Of a DNA stretch of 64,000 bases, positions 27,152-39,240 are shown one piece after another. This stretch comes from Octopus bimaculoides. Taxonomy: Eukaryota. The notes beneath the pieces were generated by a model. That model was not told where the DNA came from. It saw only the letters and a list, made by a program, of their open reading frames with translations, and did no database searches. The DNA lies in NCBI RefSeq assembly GCF_001194135.2, contig NC_068989.1, forward strand, positions 1,203,419 through 1,267,418, given 5' to 3'. Both the position numbers and the translations under genes were made by a program. Every line of letters starts with the position of its first letter. Position 1 is the first letter of the stretch.

Positions 27152-27375
27152 TTTTAATAAACACAATATATGTTTTTATGTGCTAATATTAGTTTCATGT
27201 GCTGAGAGCATGCCAGACAGCATAGCAGATAGTATGCACAATCATCAGACACTGCCATGTGCGCAATGTCTGATGATTGTGTTAGGACACCAGACATGTT
27301 AAAAAATACTGTCTGGCATGCTCTCAACACGAGACTAATAGTAGCACATAAAAATATATATCGTATTTATTAAAT
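27152..27375. mobile_element. Fold-back MITE with ~75-bp TIRs and a nested internal hairpin
   Basis: tttttatgtgctaatattag...gagagcatgccagacag is inverted at 27309-27375. The inner cacaatcatcagaca (27237) pairs with tgtctgatgattgtg (27267). Confidence 0.8.
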
Positions 27376-27754
27376 AATTATATATAATTGTGATAACAGT
27401 TTGACTCAGCTCCATATGGTTTAAAGTTTTGTGGGCCCATACTTTTGAATAATATATATAACCCCGACCAACTGTGTTGAGTGCCACATTCTTTCATTTG
27501 TCCAGTCATTTGTGTGTATGTGAGTGTGCGTGTTGTATTCAAATATGCACACACACACACACACACACACGGATATATAACTGTGAGCCAGATAGATTTA
27601 AAACGTCAATAAACTCTGACCTAAAATGAATGTGAAGTCTTACAGATATTATTCTCTTTTATATTAAACAGAAAAGACCTAATCAAACCATCTTTACTCA
27701 TATCTCTGTCTTCTCTTTCTCTCTTTCTTTCTTTCTTTCTCTTGCTTTTACCAG

Positions 27755-27760
27755 AAACAG
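27755..27760 (+). CDS. ZMYND11: Candidate 6-nt microexon of ZMYND11 (KQ)
   Basis: cctaat branch-point-like motif at 27678-27683, about 75 nt AG-free pyrimidine tract, TGC at 27743, and ccag|AAACAG|gtatgt. It is frame-preserving. Confidence 0.55.
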
Positions 27761-28298
27761 GTATGTACTCCTCTTTCGCTCTTACTCAAACTTGCACCTT
27801 TTTACATTTTTTTTTTTTTTAATATATTCTTCCTTTTTTTTTCCCTGGGGTTTTCGGTCATTTATATCCCAATATTTATTTACCATTTTATCCCACCCCT
27901 ACCTTATTCTGTTTTTGCTTGGTTGCTTCATCGAAATGGTTATTAGAGTGTTCACTTAGTAACAAATATCAAATGGAAGAAGCCTCCATTAATTTTCAGA
28001 CTTTCATTGTAACCTGGTGCAGGTGAGAAAAATAGTGAAACAAAAGGATTCCCAGTGCAAAATTAGAGGTTAATTATCTTCTACCTTTCTATTTGTCCAT
28101 ATTTGTTATATGTTATTATTATTATAAGAAGTTTGTTTCCCAACCACATGGTTCTGGGTTCAATCTCACCGTGTTGCATCTTGGGCAAGTTAGCTTCTAC
28201 TATAGCCTTGGGCTGACCAAAGCTTTGTGGGTGGATTTGGTAGGTGGAAACTGCAACAAGCCCGTTGTATATGTATGTGTGTGTGGTTTTGTTACCTT

Positions 28299-28706
28299 GG
28301 ACAGATTGTATGACATTTGTGTTAGAAGTGAAATGCTGCATGGTAATGGAATATGGGCATTGAATGGAGAGGACTTGAAGAGAGAGGAAAGCTAGTATGT
28401 TCCAATGTGAGTGTGAATGAACAACATGGTGTAAATGTTCAAAGACTGGACAAAAGAGGAATCAGATGTGGTGTGCATGAAAGAAGACTGCACTGGGACA
28501 GATAGATGATGCATATGGATGCGGACGGCTGTATGAAGAAGTGCCAATCACTAAATGTGATTGGAGTTTGTGGAAAAGGGAGACCCAGGAAGATAAGGGC
28601 CAAAATGATTAAGGCTGGCCTCAGGATCCTGAACCTCATTGAGATGACGACGAAGGACTGAGATGCCTGATGCTATGTGGTTCTTCACAAGACTTGCCCA
28701 TTGCAG
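28299..28706 (+). mobile_element. Degenerate RTE LINE 3' coding remnant
   Basis: LYDICVRSEMLHGNGIWALN...RRLHW...CMKKC..GVCGKGRPRK...VVLHKT, with stops and frameshifts; typical RTE C-terminal motifs. Confidence 0.85.
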
Positions 28707-28915
28707 TGAAACTAATGCACTCTATGCATATGTGTGTGTGTATTATACCTGTATTGTATGTGCACAGGTGAGCATCTCTCCCAATCTCCTCCCTTATGTC
28801 GCTCTCCTTTTGCATCTCTCTCACCATAGCTCTCTCTTTCTCTCTCTCTCTCATTTTCTCTCTCTCTCTTTCTCTCTCTCTCTCTTTCTCTCTCTCTCTC
28901 ATTTTCTCTCTCTCT

Positions 28916-28951
<36 letters not shown>

Positions 28952-31010
28952 TGTGAGTTGCCATTTTAGCTTCTCAAGAACCTGCTTTGCCTCCCCACCT
29001 CCTTCTCTCATACCTTAACCCTCATTCCTTGCATCAAGCTGTCTCCCCACCCCCCTCAGGTTCAGTAGCCTCGGGATATATATGGAGGACCCCACTAGTG
29101 CCTGTAATATGGAAAAAAACACACCTAGTATATGCTATGAAGTGGTTGGTATTAAGATGGGCACCCAAACATAGAAGCCATGCCAAGGCAGGCATTAGAG
29201 CACCACGTCTTAGAATTCATTGGATCCTGTCTGTCTCACCCAATGATGATGATGATGGCTGTTGCGAGGGGGGATACATACTAAACCACTGATGCCAGGT
29301 TCATGTGATCATTATTTTCTACAGCTTCTGGGTGATGTCTCCATAGTGATATGATACACACAAACCCACACACACACACAGATTATATCATTGTTAAACT
29401 GTAAGCTGTGCAAAAAGAAAAAAGAAAAAAAAAACTCCAAAAAAACCCCACATACTGCAATGATATGTAAATATTTTTCCAAAATTCTGCAATAAATGTT
29501 TACAAAAAACTTAATCCTTCCTCTCTGCTAACATGGTGAAATATCGTGCCATTTGTAAGGATGTATGTGTGGCACTTCTTCCTGAGGGCATTTTTGTGTT
29601 TTGAAATAATTAAAAACCTAAGAAAACATTCATTTAATAAGCTTCTGTCTGTGTTTCTACCATTCTTTCTTTCTTTTATTTTTTGTTGGTCAAATGGAAT
29701 GTGAGAAACATGTCACCTGCTTTCTTTTCTTTGATTCTCTGCCCCCTTCCCCCTTGTCTTCCAGTTTTTCTTATCCTTTTATGATAAATAATGTCATCTT
29801 TGCTGAGAATTTTTAAACAGCTTTCTATAATCACAAAACACATGTTAGCATGGAGAATAATGTATGTAAAAGAACTATTAGTCACATGCATGTACACACG
29901 TGTGTATGTGTGTGTGTGTATAGTATTCTTTAGTAAAAATAATGTTGACAGTGACTGAAGTTTTGACCTACTGACCCTTTATCAAGTAGTGGTACATTTG
30001 ATTTCATCTTGACTTTGTATAATCTGTTTAGTTTAAATTTTCAGGAGCAGGTGAAACTCTGTTGAATGATAATTTCATTGAAGTGCAGTTTCTGATGGAA
30101 AGATATTATGGAAGATTTTAATTGATTAAATTTGGGGTTGTACTATTGTTCAGAATTCAGTTATGCATGTAGAAGTTGGTAATCAGGTGTGTTAGCTTCA
30201 GTTCTTTGGAGATGCTCTTGTAGAGGTTCACAAATGAGTGAGGGTAAGTGGAAAGGTTAATTGGTCAGTAGGTTTATTTACTTGTTTGTATTATTTAGGA
30301 AGTTTAATCTGTTTGTTTTGGGAAGGTAAAGACCATTGTTCAGATTTCAGTGAAGCATGCAAGACTCTGTGAATCGGTCAATTTGTTTGACTAAGACCCT
30401 TCGTGACAATGCTCCAGCATGGTCTTAGTCAAATGAATGAAACAAGGGAAAGAATAAAAGGATATACATACACACATTATACACATATATGTATATATCT
30501 TTTAATTGTTTCAGTCATTAGACTGTGGCCATGCTGGAGCAGCGCTTTGAAGAATTTTAGTCAAACTTATCAACCTCAGTATTTTTATTATTTTATCATC
30601 TTTAAAGATGAGTTTGATACGAAAGAAAGTGATGATGTTATTTCAAAGAGATGTTAACTGCAGTGTGCGTTGAATAGTTTCTTGGAGGATAGCATTGGTG
30701 CTGGTGCCATTTAAAAAATACCCAGTCCACCCTGTAAAGTGGTTGGTGTTAGGAAGGGCATCCAGCTGTAGAAACCATGCCAAAACAGACAATGGAGCTT
30801 GGTGTGGCCCCTGGCCTTGCCAACTCTTGTCAAGCTGTTCAACCCATGCCAGCATGGAAAACGGATGTTAAATGATGATGATGATGAAAGTGACCTAAAC
30901 TTGTTTATACCCTCCTCTTCAGTCTTTCAGTTGGTCCCTAGTTGTTATGGAACCTATTTAAAAGAAATCCCTATTTCATGATACTCTAAAACTCTTGTAA
31001 TTATTTCTAG

Positions 31011-31085
31011 GCTGGACACAATCGGATCCGAGGAAATATGCTAAACACTCTTCTGGGTTACACAGTGCAAAGGTTGAAAGAAAAG
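31011..31085 (+). CDS. ZMYND11: ZMYND11 exon: bromodomain start
   Basis: AGHNRIRGNMLNTLLGYTVQRLKEK resembles human MGTYLRFIVSRMKER. Boundaries ttctag| and |gtttgt; 75 nt, phase 0/0. Too short for the ORF track. Confidence 0.9.
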
Positions 31086-31297
31086 GTTTGTTGCTACCCA
31101 ATGGAACTTTTACAGCTTTCTCTTTTTCTCTTGTATGTCTCTGTTGTGTTTCTTTTTGTCCTTTCCTCCTCTCTTAACTTACATAAACAGTAATCCCTCG
31201 ACTATCATGGGTCTTACGTCCCAAAACCCACCACCATAGGCGAAAATTTCATTACAACATTGTTTTAACAGCAGGGTTCAGTGTTTCCAGCCAGCTG

Positions 31298-31337
<40 letters not shown>

Positions 31338-31776
31338 GACTCTGTGCTTAATTGATGAGAAGGAGTTTATATGTATCGATACTGGGTTGATTAATCAACT
31401 GGATGACCAACCTGTTGAATTAATGTGTGAACTGGCTGAGTATCCAAACACATGTGTAACTTTCGCCTAATACCAAGAGAATTAGATGTATCCTTGATGT
31501 AATACCAAGTCGGATCCAACCTGCGACACAACTGACAGATCTGCTCGATTGTATTTCAATGTATTGTGTATTTGTGAGTCTGTGTAAAACTAGTTGTGGT
31601 GCGTTATTAGATGTGTCCCCCTAAAACTAAATCAGCAAAGTTTCACAGCTGTATTTTGATCAATTTGTATTTGAAATCCATAGAAAAGACTCTTTTTCGG
31701 TCAGCCTGAAATTTCCTTCTTCTTTTTTATTTTTTAATCTTTATTTCTAAATTTTCTTGTTTTGACCAAACTGTAG

Positions 31777-31957
31777 ACCCGGGAGTTGCACAGAATCGGA
31801 CACAGGGACGAAGAGTTGAACTTCAAACGATTTGTTTACAAACCAATGGATCTGAACACCATGGAGCAAATAGTACAGAGCCAGAAGTACCGTTGTGTGG
31901 AAGAGCTTGTTGCTGATGCCCATAACATTGTGCATAATGTATATTTGGTATACGGAG
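31777..31957 (+). CDS. ZMYND11: ZMYND11 exon: bromodomain core
   Basis: TRELHRIG...FKRFVYKPMDLNTMEQIVQSQKYRCVEELVADAHNIVHNVYLVYG. Boundaries ctgtag| and G|gtaagg; phase 0/1. Confidence 0.96.
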
Positions 31958-32017
31958 GTAAGGCTTCAATTGCGGGGTGAGGACACAATTCCTTTGTCCT
32001 CTTTTATAACTACTTAA

Positions 32018-32229
32018 CCCTTTAGGCAACCATACCCGGCCCAAATATTCTCCTTATTTTATGTTCAAACTGACAAGATCTGGCCTCTCCCACCTACCTG
32101 ATAATGTCATTCTTATAGTATACAATTACATCATTGAAATCTCAAAGTTCTAAGATAATAAATGATTAATTGAAAACAATGTGAACAAGGAAGCATCACA
32201 TTTGACCGAATAATCTGAATGCCAAAGGG
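32018..32229. mobile_element. piggyBac-type MITE
   Basis: TTAA|CCCTTTAGGCA ... TGCCAAAGGG|TGAA (degenerate TTAA TSD). Confidence 0.6.
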
Positions 32230-32926
32230 TGAATACAAAATACTCGGGTTAGGGGTGAAGACATTTACTTTTCAATGGCATAGTCTCCCTCCCCACCAAT
32301 CACCACTTTAGCAGTAACTAGATTAAGCAGCAGACCATTAATTAAAATTAAATTAATGTCAAAATTAATGAATGTCTTAAAAAAATTAACAGTTTCTTTG
32401 TTCTCAAACCTTCACATGAATGAAGTCTTTTAACTATTTTATATATTAATATAAATACACATCAAAATCAAATGGAAATTGTAGTTGTGATCCCCGTACC
32501 AGTGGCACATAAAAAGCACCATCTGATTGTGGTCAATGCCAGCCCCCTCTGGCCTCTGTGCCGGTGGCACATAAAATAGCACCCACTACACTCTTGGAGT
32601 GGTTGGCATTAGGAAGGGCATCCAGCTGTAGAAACATTGCCAGATCAGACTGGAGCCTGGTGCAGTCTCCTGGCTTCCCAGACCCCCAGTTGAACCGTCC
32701 AACCCATGCCAGCATGGAAAATGGACGTTAAACGCTGATGATGATGATGATTGGTATATACTGGTGTCATAGTTTTTATGATATCTATTCCAATTAAATA
32801 CAAATATTATTTGCTAAATATATTTATCATAACATGATTGATGTTAAATATTTCTTAGGCGTGTTTTTATGCATTTCTTTTGCTGTGTCACTATCTCGCT
32901 CAGCAGCTGTTGACTTTCTCTTTCAG

Positions 32927-32982
32927 AGGAGCATGGAATGACGGAATTAGCCCGGATCATGATACGTGATTGTAAATATGAT
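32927..32982 (+). CDS. ZMYND11: ZMYND11 exon: bromodomain end
   Basis: (E)EHGMTELARIMIRDCKYD resembles human SEQADIARMLYKDTCHE. Boundaries tttcag| and |gtaagt; 56 nt, phase 1/0. Confidence 0.93.
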
Positions 32983-33834
32983 GTAAGTTTTAATTCTTTG
33001 AATCATTATTATGCAAGCAAACACATCTGGACACGTTAATCTCATGTCAAGCAGTTGTAGTAGTAGCAGTAGTAGTAGTTGTAATAGTAGTAGTAGCAGT
33101 TGCTATCTGTAATATTTTTCTGCATGTCACAACTGGTGAGTGTCACACTTTTAACTACAACAACAACAGAAACAGTCAAAACAGATTCTGGTAATCTAAG
33201 ACATAATTGAAATTTTTAACATATTAAAATAAAAATCTGTTATATGCAACAGAAGCAGTTTTAGATTAAAACAGTCATCTGTGTATCATAGCTAAAGCAG
33301 ATACATCACAAAAAACTGCAAATTAACTGCAGAATTTGTTAGGAGGAAAGCTGTTGGAGTGTTAACTGTAAACATGCCTAACTTATCAGACCAAACCAAA
33401 GACATGGTTAAAGTCTTGAACATAATGCAACAATTTTATGGGAATCTATAAATTTATGTCTCAGAACAGAAATAAGAACATTATCTCATTTGCCATGTTC
33501 CATGCTGGCATGGGTTGGATGGTTTGACAGGTTCCAATGTTTCCTTGGACTGCATTATGCTCCACTGGTTTCTCCTGGATGTTTTTTACATTGAAATTGC
33601 CATGCAATTCACAAGACTAAAAGCCCTGAAGAAGTGGGGTCGGCTTTATGCTAGGGGGATGAAAGCAGGTGGGGTGAGAGATGGGTGCCACCAATTCTAA
33701 TGATCTCCTCTCCGTAGTTGTTAATGTTATGTTCATCTTTCTCACTCTATTGTAATTAGATGTTAGGGTTAAAGGATAAAGTTCCTTCATGAGTCACAAG
33801 GCTGGTTTCTCAGTTTCTGTGCCTCCACATACAT

Positions 33835-34130
33835 TTTTAAAGCTTGGTACTTATTCTATCAGTCTCTTTTGCTAAACTGTTAAGTTACAGGGATGTAAAC
33901 ACACCAGCATTGGTTGTCAAGCGATGTTGGGGGGACAAACACACAGAGAAGTACACACACACACACGATAGGCTTCTTTCACTTTCCATCTATCAATTCC
34001 ACTCACAAGGCTTTGGTTGGCCCAAAGTTATAGAAGAAGACACTTGCCCAAGGTGCTATGCAGTGGGACTGAACCCGGAACAATGTGGTTGGGAAACAAA
34101 CTTCTTACCACACAGCCACACCTGTGCCTA
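33835..34130 (-). mobile_element. tRNA-derived SINE family B (representative copy)
   Basis: ataggcacaggtgtggctgtgtggtaag...gggttcagtcccactgc...ccttgggcaagtgtc. Other copies lie at about 28127-28295(+), 36020-36143(-), 43640-43740(-), 55810-55960(+) and 1-60(+), with tail pieces at 7010-7060, 15080-15130, 30510-30560 and 48630-48680. Confidence 0.8.
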
Positions 34131-34179
34131 TATTTATAGTTGTGTTATTAATTATACATAATAGGGACCCATCAAGCCG

Positions 34180-34625
34180 AGTGCACCTCTGCTGGTGGCA
34201 CGTAAAGAACATCTTTTGTATGTTGGGCCTCACAGAGGCAAAGTGGCTGAGTTCCTTTTGAGAGTTGGGCCTCACGGAGGCAATGGCCGAGAACTTTGGC
34301 ATTATGTTGTGCTTGAGAAGAAGACCCATCAAGCTGAGCAAAATTGCAGTCGTGGCACATACTGGTGTCACACAAATTGGCACCTGTGTTGGTGGTACAT
34401 AAACACACCCTGGTGTCATGCAAATGGCACCCGTGCTGGTGGCACGTAAAAGCACCCATTACACTCTGTTAAGTGGTTGGCATTAGGAAGGGCATCCAGC
34501 TGTAGAAGACCATGCCAAATCAGATTGGAGTCTGGTGCAGCCTTCCAGTGTGCCAGCCCAGTCAGACTGTCCAACATTGACAACGGATGTTAAATGATGA
34601 TGATGATGGTGATGATGATGGTGAT
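34180..34625 (+). mobile_element. RTE C-terminus joined to its 3' UTR and (GAT)n tail
   Basis: LGLTEAM...VVLEKKT continues into ggcacgtaaaagcaccc...gtggttggcattaggaagggcatccagctgtagaa...ggatgttaaatgatgatgat. Confidence 0.85.
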
Positions 34626-34832
34626 GAATTTTGTTGAAATAGTTGTATTATTATAATTATTCAATGTATTGTATAATTACAGTTGTTTTATATTAATTGT
34701 CCAATGTGTTCTATAATTATAGCTGTTCTATAATTATGCAACATAATTGTATAGTTGTGTTATCATATTAATTATCCAATGTATTCTATAATTATTACAA
34801 TGGTGTTGATTCCATTTTGGTTTGTCTTGCAG

Positions 34833-34910
34833 ATTGATGAGATTTGTCAGTGCTGGAATTGTTACTACATGTCAAACTCTAAACCTGCAAATTGGTTTTG
34901 TAAGCCATGT
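34833..34910 (+). CDS. ZMYND11: ZMYND11 exon: bromo-PWWP zinc finger
   Basis: IDEICQCWNCYYMSNSKPANWFCKPC resembles human [26 protein letters not shown]. Boundaries ttgcag| and |gtaagt; 78 nt. Confidence 0.96.
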
Positions 34911-35417
34911 GTAAGTATCTCAATTACAGTCTCATTGTTAATTTCCTCCCATTCCGGTTTTGTTTTTTTTTTCCACTGAAAAATTTGAACTTAATATTTT
35001 GTGTTTAGTACTAAACACTCTTCAGTTATAGTGTTTCCCACTACATCCATCCAAAAGTGAGCTCTGCCTCTCCTTTCTAAGAAAAGTTTGGTATTGCTGC
35101 CCCTCCTCTTTGAACCCCAAAAAAAGGTAGTTGATAATCCCTGGTGCTGGTGCTACATAAGAAGCACCCAGTCCTCACTCTGTAAAGTGGTTGGCATTAA
35201 GAAGGGGGTCTCCAGCCATAGAGACCATTCCAGTACAGAAGATTGGAGCCTGGTGTAGCTCTTCAGCTTGCCAGCTTCTTGTGAAACTGTCCAACCCATG
35301 CCAGCATGGAAAAACGGAAGTTAAATTATGATGATGATGATGATGATGATTGATCTTAACATTGATTGTTGTTATGTTTTCTAGAATTTTCCGAGTAACT
35401 TTTTCTTTTTTTTTCAG

Positions 35418-35539
35418 AAACCACACCATGAACTTGTTTACGCAAAACTGAAAGGCTTTAGCTACTGGCCTGCCAAAGTCATTCGGGTAACGGAAGATAG
35501 TAAACATGATGTCCGCTTTTTTGGGGGCTACCATCAAAG
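35418..35539 (+). CDS. ZMYND11: ZMYND11 exon: PWWP domain, part 1
   Basis: [41 protein letters not shown]. The aromatic cage positions (F, W, F) are retained. Phase 0/2. This exon is not represented in the + strand ORF track. Confidence 0.97.
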
Positions 35540-35846
35540 GTAAGAATATTATTGTTGTTTAGGGTTGGTCCTAATGAAGCGGTAAACTTATATCCAAAGA
35601 TATTCTAGCCATGACCACCTCATTTATTGTCCAACCTTATGATGGAAATATGATGTATATATATTTTAGAGTACATCATTAACTTGCATGTCCTTACTTT
35701 TGGAAGATGGTAGGGGGTGGTTGTTTACCATTTCTAGCAAATGGAGCAATTACACAGACCCTCCCCTTGTTGGTTTGAAAGCAAGATGTCTCTGTTATAC
35801 TTGTTGGTTTATATTTATAACCATTTTCCCTCTAAAAAAAATCATG

Positions 35847-35896
<50 letters not shown>

Positions 35897-36439
35897 ACAT
35901 GTATATGTGTGTGTGTGTATGTATGTATATATATATGTATGTGTATGTATGTATATATATGTATATATATATATATATATGCGTGTGTGTATGTATTTAT
36001 ATATATGTGTATGTATGTGTAGGCTTTGGTCGGCCCGAGGCTATAGTAGAAGATACTTGCCCAAGATGCCACGCAGTGGGACTGAACCCAGAACCATGTG
36101 GTTGGTAAGCAAGTTACTCAGCACTCAGCCACTCCTGCGCCTATGTATATGTCAATTAGAGTAAAGTGTCAAACATCAGTTGGCAGGTAAAAACATTTGG
36201 TGAATCAGAAGACAACTGTTTCAGATCTTTGGGTCTCTTGTGGGCCTGAGTTGCACTTTTTATTCTGTGACTGACTCTCAGAGTTGTGGAACATTTGCTG
36301 GTCTAAACATGTGGAGAATTGCTAATGGTGTTAAACCGGAACTGTCCAAGAAATTCCATATAATCTGTGTATATATGAATGTGCATAGCTACAAAACTGT
36401 ATTTCCATTTATTGACCTTTAGTCTAATTTTGCTTCTAG

Positions 36440-36513
36440 GGCTCTCATCCCTCAAGACTACATTAAACCCATTAGTGTGAATATTAAGACAGTGACATCC
36501 AAACGAACCCAAG
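36440..36513 (+). CDS. ZMYND11: ZMYND11 exon: PWWP domain, part 2
   Basis: (R)ALIPQDYIKPISVNIKTVTSKRTQ resembles human [25 protein letters not shown]. Boundaries ttctag| and G|gtaagt; phase 2/1. Confidence 0.94.
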
Positions 36514-36641
36514 GTAAGTGTAGGAAAGTGGGAGAGAGAGAGAGAGAGAGAGGTGTGTGGAGTGATGGAATAATCCAGTTCCATCACTTACCTTCTTCTA
36601 ATGAAAAACTTTGTGCATTTGTGGTTCCTTCTTAATTGCAG

Positions 36642-36898
36642 GGTTTATAAAAGCCTGCGAGGAGCTGAAGCTACATCGCCAGTTGTTAGAAGAACAAGTT
36701 GATGAAAGCAGCAACAATGGAGACAGTGAGATGGAAAACAATATGGAGGAAGATGATGAGGAAGAGGAGGATGAGGAGGAAGATGATGATGACGATGATG
36801 ATGATGAAGATGAAGAAGCAGACGATGACACCGAGACTCGTGAGGTCACTTCAACTAGTGTGGCTCCCCCGAAAAATACATCCAAGCTGAAAACAAAG
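36642..36898 (+). CDS. ZMYND11: ZMYND11 exon: PWWP end plus long acidic tract
   Basis: (G)FIKACEELKLHRQLL (human GWKKACDELELHQRFL) is followed by a D/E run. Boundaries ttgcag| and |gtaatg; phase 1/0. Confidence 0.94.
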
Positions 36899-36986
36899 GT
36901 AATGTATATGAAAGTTTCCTGCATAATTGATCATTTTAATTTAATTAGGCATGCTAACGATTCTGCCAGCTTATATAATAATAATG

Positions 36987-37026
<40 letters not shown>

Positions 37027-37727
37027 TTAAGATTATGAACAGAATATTTTCACACTTACAACTGGAGATTGTAATAACTTCACTGTGTTCTTACAATCTC
37101 TGTCCCTCTACTAGTAAGTACCTACTAAGTGTGAAACCGGTAAATATGTACCCGTGTATCAATACTTAATAAGTGTTTAATTATTTTGGCTCACAGCATT
37201 ACAGGCTTTTCCCTTCATTATTTTGCTTTTTCTTCATTTTATAGAAAGGCAATTTATCAAACGAAGCTATATCAATCCTATGTAAATGTTTTATTTCACA
37301 GGCATTTTGTTTTTTTGGTTGGGGTGGGGACAATCAGAACGGACCCTTATTTTGTATATCAATATCGTATTAACAACAAGGCATTTACCCGTTCCCTTTT
37401 CACCGTTCTGACATCCTTCTTCTCCAGTTCAATGACAGACAGTTTATTGTTTGCTTATTAATCTGACAGCTTCCAAATACAACACAATGAATCCATTAAC
37501 CGAGGGGTCTGTGTCATGGCTGGACTACTGGCCGCGACAACAAGTATTCCTCTTAAAACTGTTGTTGAAAGAACTATCTTTGCAGTTTTTGTTCGGTAGC
37601 AAGTATATATACATACATATGTTTGTATGTATATGAATATATATACATGTCTAACCCATGCCAGCATGGAAGACATGTTAAATGATGATGATGATGGTGA
37701 TCATTTGATAGTTTACTCTTTTTGCAG

Positions 37728-37850
37728 ATCCTGACACCAGAAAATGTGAATGTTGTCTCTTCAAGTGTAGATAAAATATCAACAAGCCCCGCACCACGTT
37801 CTTCAAAGGTTGCCTATAAGCATACTGCTAGTCAAGCAACTCCATCCACG
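37728..37850 (+). CDS. ZMYND11: ZMYND11 exon: S/T-rich linker
   Basis: ILTPENVNVVSSSVDKISTSPAPRSSKVAYKHTASQATPST. Boundaries tttttgcag| and |gtgagt; 123 nt, phase 0/0. Weak similarity to the human linker (VSSSQE...KVSVSTQT). Confidence 0.82.
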
Positions 37851-38764
37851 GTGAGTATCAGTGTTTTCATTCATCAGCATCAGCATCATCATCACTGCTG
37901 CCATCATCACCATCAGCACCCTCCCCCTCATCATCATCATCACACCCACTTTCTATGCTGAGATGGGTTGGATGGCTAAACAGAAGCCAACAGAAATGGT
38001 GGCATGAAATGGTTGTTTACTAACAACTTCTAATTTCATTACTAACAGCAGCAGAATAATGCAGTAGATAGAAGAGTGATGGAGGGATTGAGTGGCAAGG
38101 AGATGAAGGGTGGGGATGCTTTATTTTTTTTCTCATTCATATATATATATATATCCCCAAACACCAGGTTTTTCACTTATGTATTATAAACAAGGAAAGA
38201 GTTGCTGCTGGCTAAATTGATGGTTGCTGTCCCTTTCCGAGCTCTACATTATTTGGCTATCCTTTATCAGCCTTGTTTTCCAACTCATAAATAGGAACTA
38301 TATAGAAGTTTAGTACTTTGCGGGCTTTTAATACTGAGTCAAATGTTAGCAGATGTACAATAGCCATGTTGCAAAGCTCGTAGTGACACAATTATCCCAA
38401 TTATTATTATGTTTCCTTGAATTAGATAAATATTAATTGGTTGATTAAATTGGCTGAGAACTAAGACAGATACTTTGTTATCTAAATTGGTTCTGTCTTC
38501 ATATCTTACCATTCTACCAGGGTTGAGGTTATTTTGCATTTTATCAGTATTCATGCAGTGCCCTCTTTTTGAGCAGTAATTCTTCTCTAAATGAACAATG
38601 GATTCACTTTTTTTTTACAAAATTCAGGCTCTTGCATTGTCAGAAGAAATTCACCATTATATGTTTTACCAGCCCACTTATCGGTAGCCTTCATTCATTG
38701 GACAATAAACTTTGCTTGCAAAGACCTGTTGAGGGAAGTGAAATCAAAATCACTGATGTAGCTG

Positions 38765-39240
38765 ATGACAGTGCCGCCTGACTGGCACTTGTGCCAGTGG
38801 AACATTAAGAGCACCATCCGAGCGTGATTGTTGCAAGGGCTGCTGACTGATTCCCGTGCTGGTGGCATGTAAAAAGCACCATTCAAGCGTGATCATTGCC
38901 AGCGTCACCTTACTGGCACATGAAAAACAACATTCGTGTGTGGTCGTTGCCAGTGCTGCTGGACTGACTCCTGTGCAAGTGACACGTAAAAATCACCTTT
39001 TGAGCATGGTCGTTGCCAGTTCTGCCTGACTGGCCCTCATGCCAGTGGCACATAAAAGCACCCATTACACTCTTGGAGTAGTTGGCATTAGGAAAGGGCA
39101 TCCAGCTGTAGAAACTTTACCAGATCAGATTAGAGCCTGGTACAGCCTCCTGGCTTGCCACTCCTCAGTCAAACCATCCAACCCATGCCAGCATGGAAAG
39201 TGGACGTTAAACGACGACGACAATGATGATGATGATGATG
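38765..39240 (+). mobile_element. RTE 3' UTR-derived repeat with internal ~60-65 bp tandem units (representative copy)
   Basis: Other copies lie at about 5105-5296(-), 6410-6602(+), 8150-8290(-), 9660-9875(+), 10030-10240(+), 11202-11706(+), 12605-13065(-), 18288-18450(-), 19470-19650(+), 29080-29255(+), 30695-30887(+), 32495-32752(+), 33485-33590(-), 35143-35350(+), 44780-44945(+) and 56310-56457(+). An RTE C-terminal coding piece is at 1978-2062(-). Confidence 0.85.

Noticed and set aside
31188-31240. Tigger/pogo-like terminus cagtaatccctcgactatc
   Set aside because: Only one end was found, with no matching TIR or TA TSD.
38628-38687. Possible truncating exon ALALSEEIHHYMFYQPTYR* after aaaattcag|
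   Set aside because: The acceptor is mediocre, there is no good donor or polyA signal, and there is no homology.
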